A DNA stretch of 50,183 nucleotides from a virus (Duplodnaviria > Caudoviricetes): positions 1 through 50,183 of IMG/VR virus record IMGVR_UViG_3300030118_003880; one strand, given 5' to 3'. Under the pieces are notes generated by a model. It ran no database searches and had not been told where the DNA came from. It saw only the letters and a program-made list of their open reading frames with translations. Position numbers and translations under genes: made by a program. This document shows positions 44,156 through 50,183 of the stretch, in pieces; position 1 is the stretch's first letter; each line of letters opens with the position of its first letter.

Positions 44156-44374
44156 ATGAATATAGATAACGAAAAACTTTTTGAAGCATTAGATAGAATT
44201 GCATATGTAAATCGTGAAGGGAACTTTGCTATGCTACCGGAAGATATGGAAGATGAAATGCCATTTCTTTTAAGTCAATTGAAGAAACAACTTAAAAAGG
44301 CAATTGACGATTATACAAGTAAACCGGAAAACGAAGAAAGAACACAATTCTACGGATTAGCGGAAAAAATATAA
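44156..44374 (+). CDS. Hypothetical protein
   Basis: 72-aa ORF convergent with the late strand. Confidence 0.5.
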   Translation: MNIDNEKLFEALDRIAYVNREGNFAMLPEDMEDEMPFLLSQLKKQLKKAIDDYTSKPENEERTQFYGLAEKI

Positions 44375-45202
44375 TTAAGGACACTTGGCGGTGAAGTTCG
44401 CTTGACCGCCACTTAGATTACTAACATTAAAAGTACCGGAAATAACATAGTTAAAAACCGTAAGACTGTTTTGTGTTGATTTAGTTGGTGTCGTACTTGA
44501 AAAGTCAAAAGCCGTATTGAATCCACCATTCGGTGAAGTATTTTGTTGATTCCATGTGCCGTCGGGTCCGGTTGATGAAAATGATAATAGATTATTATTA
44601 CCCCTAGCTAAAACATCAAGACCCGAACTTATTGAACTTGCGCCCGTACCGCTAAAAACTAAGCGGAAGAAAAAACTAAAACTTACCCCTACCACAAGTA
44701 TCGCTTCGCAACTTACATTTGAACCTATTTGCGATGTTGAACCATAATTGTTATTTATTGGTATTGCACTTGTTGTATATGTAGTTCCTTCGCTTAACGC
44801 AGATCCTATTTGTGTGCCTGTAATTATATTGGTAGAAGCCGCCGCCAATCCCGCCGACGTAGCATAACCGGTATATAAAGTCGTCACTTGAGTTTTTAAA
44901 GATGATGTAGAGTGCGACGCTTGTCCAACCGCCACATTAGCAAATATACTTCTAAAATCCGACATTGAAACTTGATCACCCGTGTTTGGAAAATCCGTAT
45001 GTGAATAGGATAATGGTGTGCCGGTATTTGCATTAACGCCGGTACCCGAATCGTTGGCTACGGTTCCCGTTTTCCATGTTGGGATTCTTGACATATGCTT
45101 TTGATCCGTCATTTTGACATTGCTTTTGCTAGAAGTAGAAGTGTCAAGTGTGTCCACGATTCCCGCAAAACTTGGTCCTAGTTGTCTTAAATGTGCCATC
45201 AA
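44375..45202 (-). CDS. Ser/Thr/Gly-rich putative fibre-associated virion protein
   Basis: 275 aa; composition, V.MSDF motif and position after the fibre gene. Confidence 0.6.
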   Translation of the reverse strand: MMAHLRQLGPSFAGIVDTLDTSTSSKSNVKMTDQKHMSRIPTWKTGTVANDSGTGVNANTGTPLSYSHTDFPNTGDQVSMSDFRSIFANVAVGQASHSTSSLKTQVTTLYTGYATSAGLAAASTNIITGTQIGSALSEGTTYTTSAIPINNNYGSTSQIGSNVSCEAILVVGVSFSFFFRLVFSGTGASSISSGLDVLARGNNNLLSFSSTGPDGTWNQQNTSPNGGFNTAFDFSSTTPTKSTQNSLTVFNYVISGTFNVSNLSGGQANFTAKCP

Positions 45203-45827
45203 AAATCCTTTATTGGTAATTTATGTTTAATAAATGTAATGTCCGTTTCATGTCCTTCATAATTATATGTTTTCGTCATTTCTTCCATAGTCATTGAATG
45301 TCTATCTACGTAATTTTCAATATGTTTATAGCTATTTGGATTTTGTAAAATGAAAGCTATTTTTGATCCTTGCGTAATAATATTGACGATGTAATTACAA
45401 CCATTGTTTTTGACAAGACTATAAAATGCTTGACCGGCGGCGTCACTATATAGCCAAACTTTAGAACCACTTGGATCGTTGCCAATAAAAGTATTACAAA
45501 CAATTAATTCTTCGCCATCTTTAATACAACACTTCAATTCTAAAAGATGATCGCCTACACATCTTGCCATCATTCTATAATCTCTATCTTCATCGTGTAC
45601 CGTGTTAGGATCTACGTAAGCGGAAAATTTGTTTAGCCAATAATTGTATTTCATGGCGTCCGATAATGAATCGGCAACCATATCGGTATTTGTTTGATCA
45701 AGAATATATTGATAATCTACGGTGTTAAGATCCATATGTGGCTTTGAATCATAGTAAAGGCGTTCAAAAGCACCCGAATCTACATAACCTAAAAATTCAT
45801 CATGGCTTAAAAATCTAGCGGTGTGGC

Positions 45828-45831
<4 letters not shown>
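45199..45831 (-). CDS. Hypothetical protein coupled to the collagen fibre gene
   Basis: 210 aa, ATGA overlap with the fibre stop. Confidence 0.7.

Positions 45832-50183
<4,352 letters not shown>

Overview
The window is an apparently complete, circularly permuted ~50.1 kb tailed-phage genome. Bases 1-77 are identical to 50107-50183, a typical assembly overlap. It has an HK97-type head, a long non-contractile tail with GTA-like tail genes, and spanins, which point to a Gram-negative host. The - strand carries the late region: terminase, portal, head, fibre cassette, neck, tail, an accessory envelope module and lysis. The + strand (10184-19176) carries early and replication genes: a Mom-like DNA modifier, an HTH initiator, a Twinkle/T7-like primase-helicase, an exonuclease, a Sak recombinase and an SSB-like protein. 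I saw no integrase, DNA polymerase, tRNA or CRISPR. Main finding: a ~1888-aa collagen fibre gene crosses the contig join, so the ORF track shows only its last 707 aa. It is packed with X-Lys-Gly sites. A few genes downstream lies one 611-aa protein fusing a COLGALT-like GT25 domain, a PLOD/LH3-type glycosyltransferase and a lysyl hydroxylase, next to a 2OG-Fe(II) oxygenase and an FkbM methyltransferase. This looks like an animal-style collagen hydroxylysine-glycosylation pathway encoded with its substrate. Second module: csgF-csgG-curlin-like-FecR-CHASE2 adenylate cyclase between the tail and lysis genes. Also seen: a 15-bp operator-like box in seven promoters, a candidate sRNA, and strong but patchy depletion of CAG/GAG trinucleotides. 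All family assignments come from recognising motifs by eye, not from database searches.
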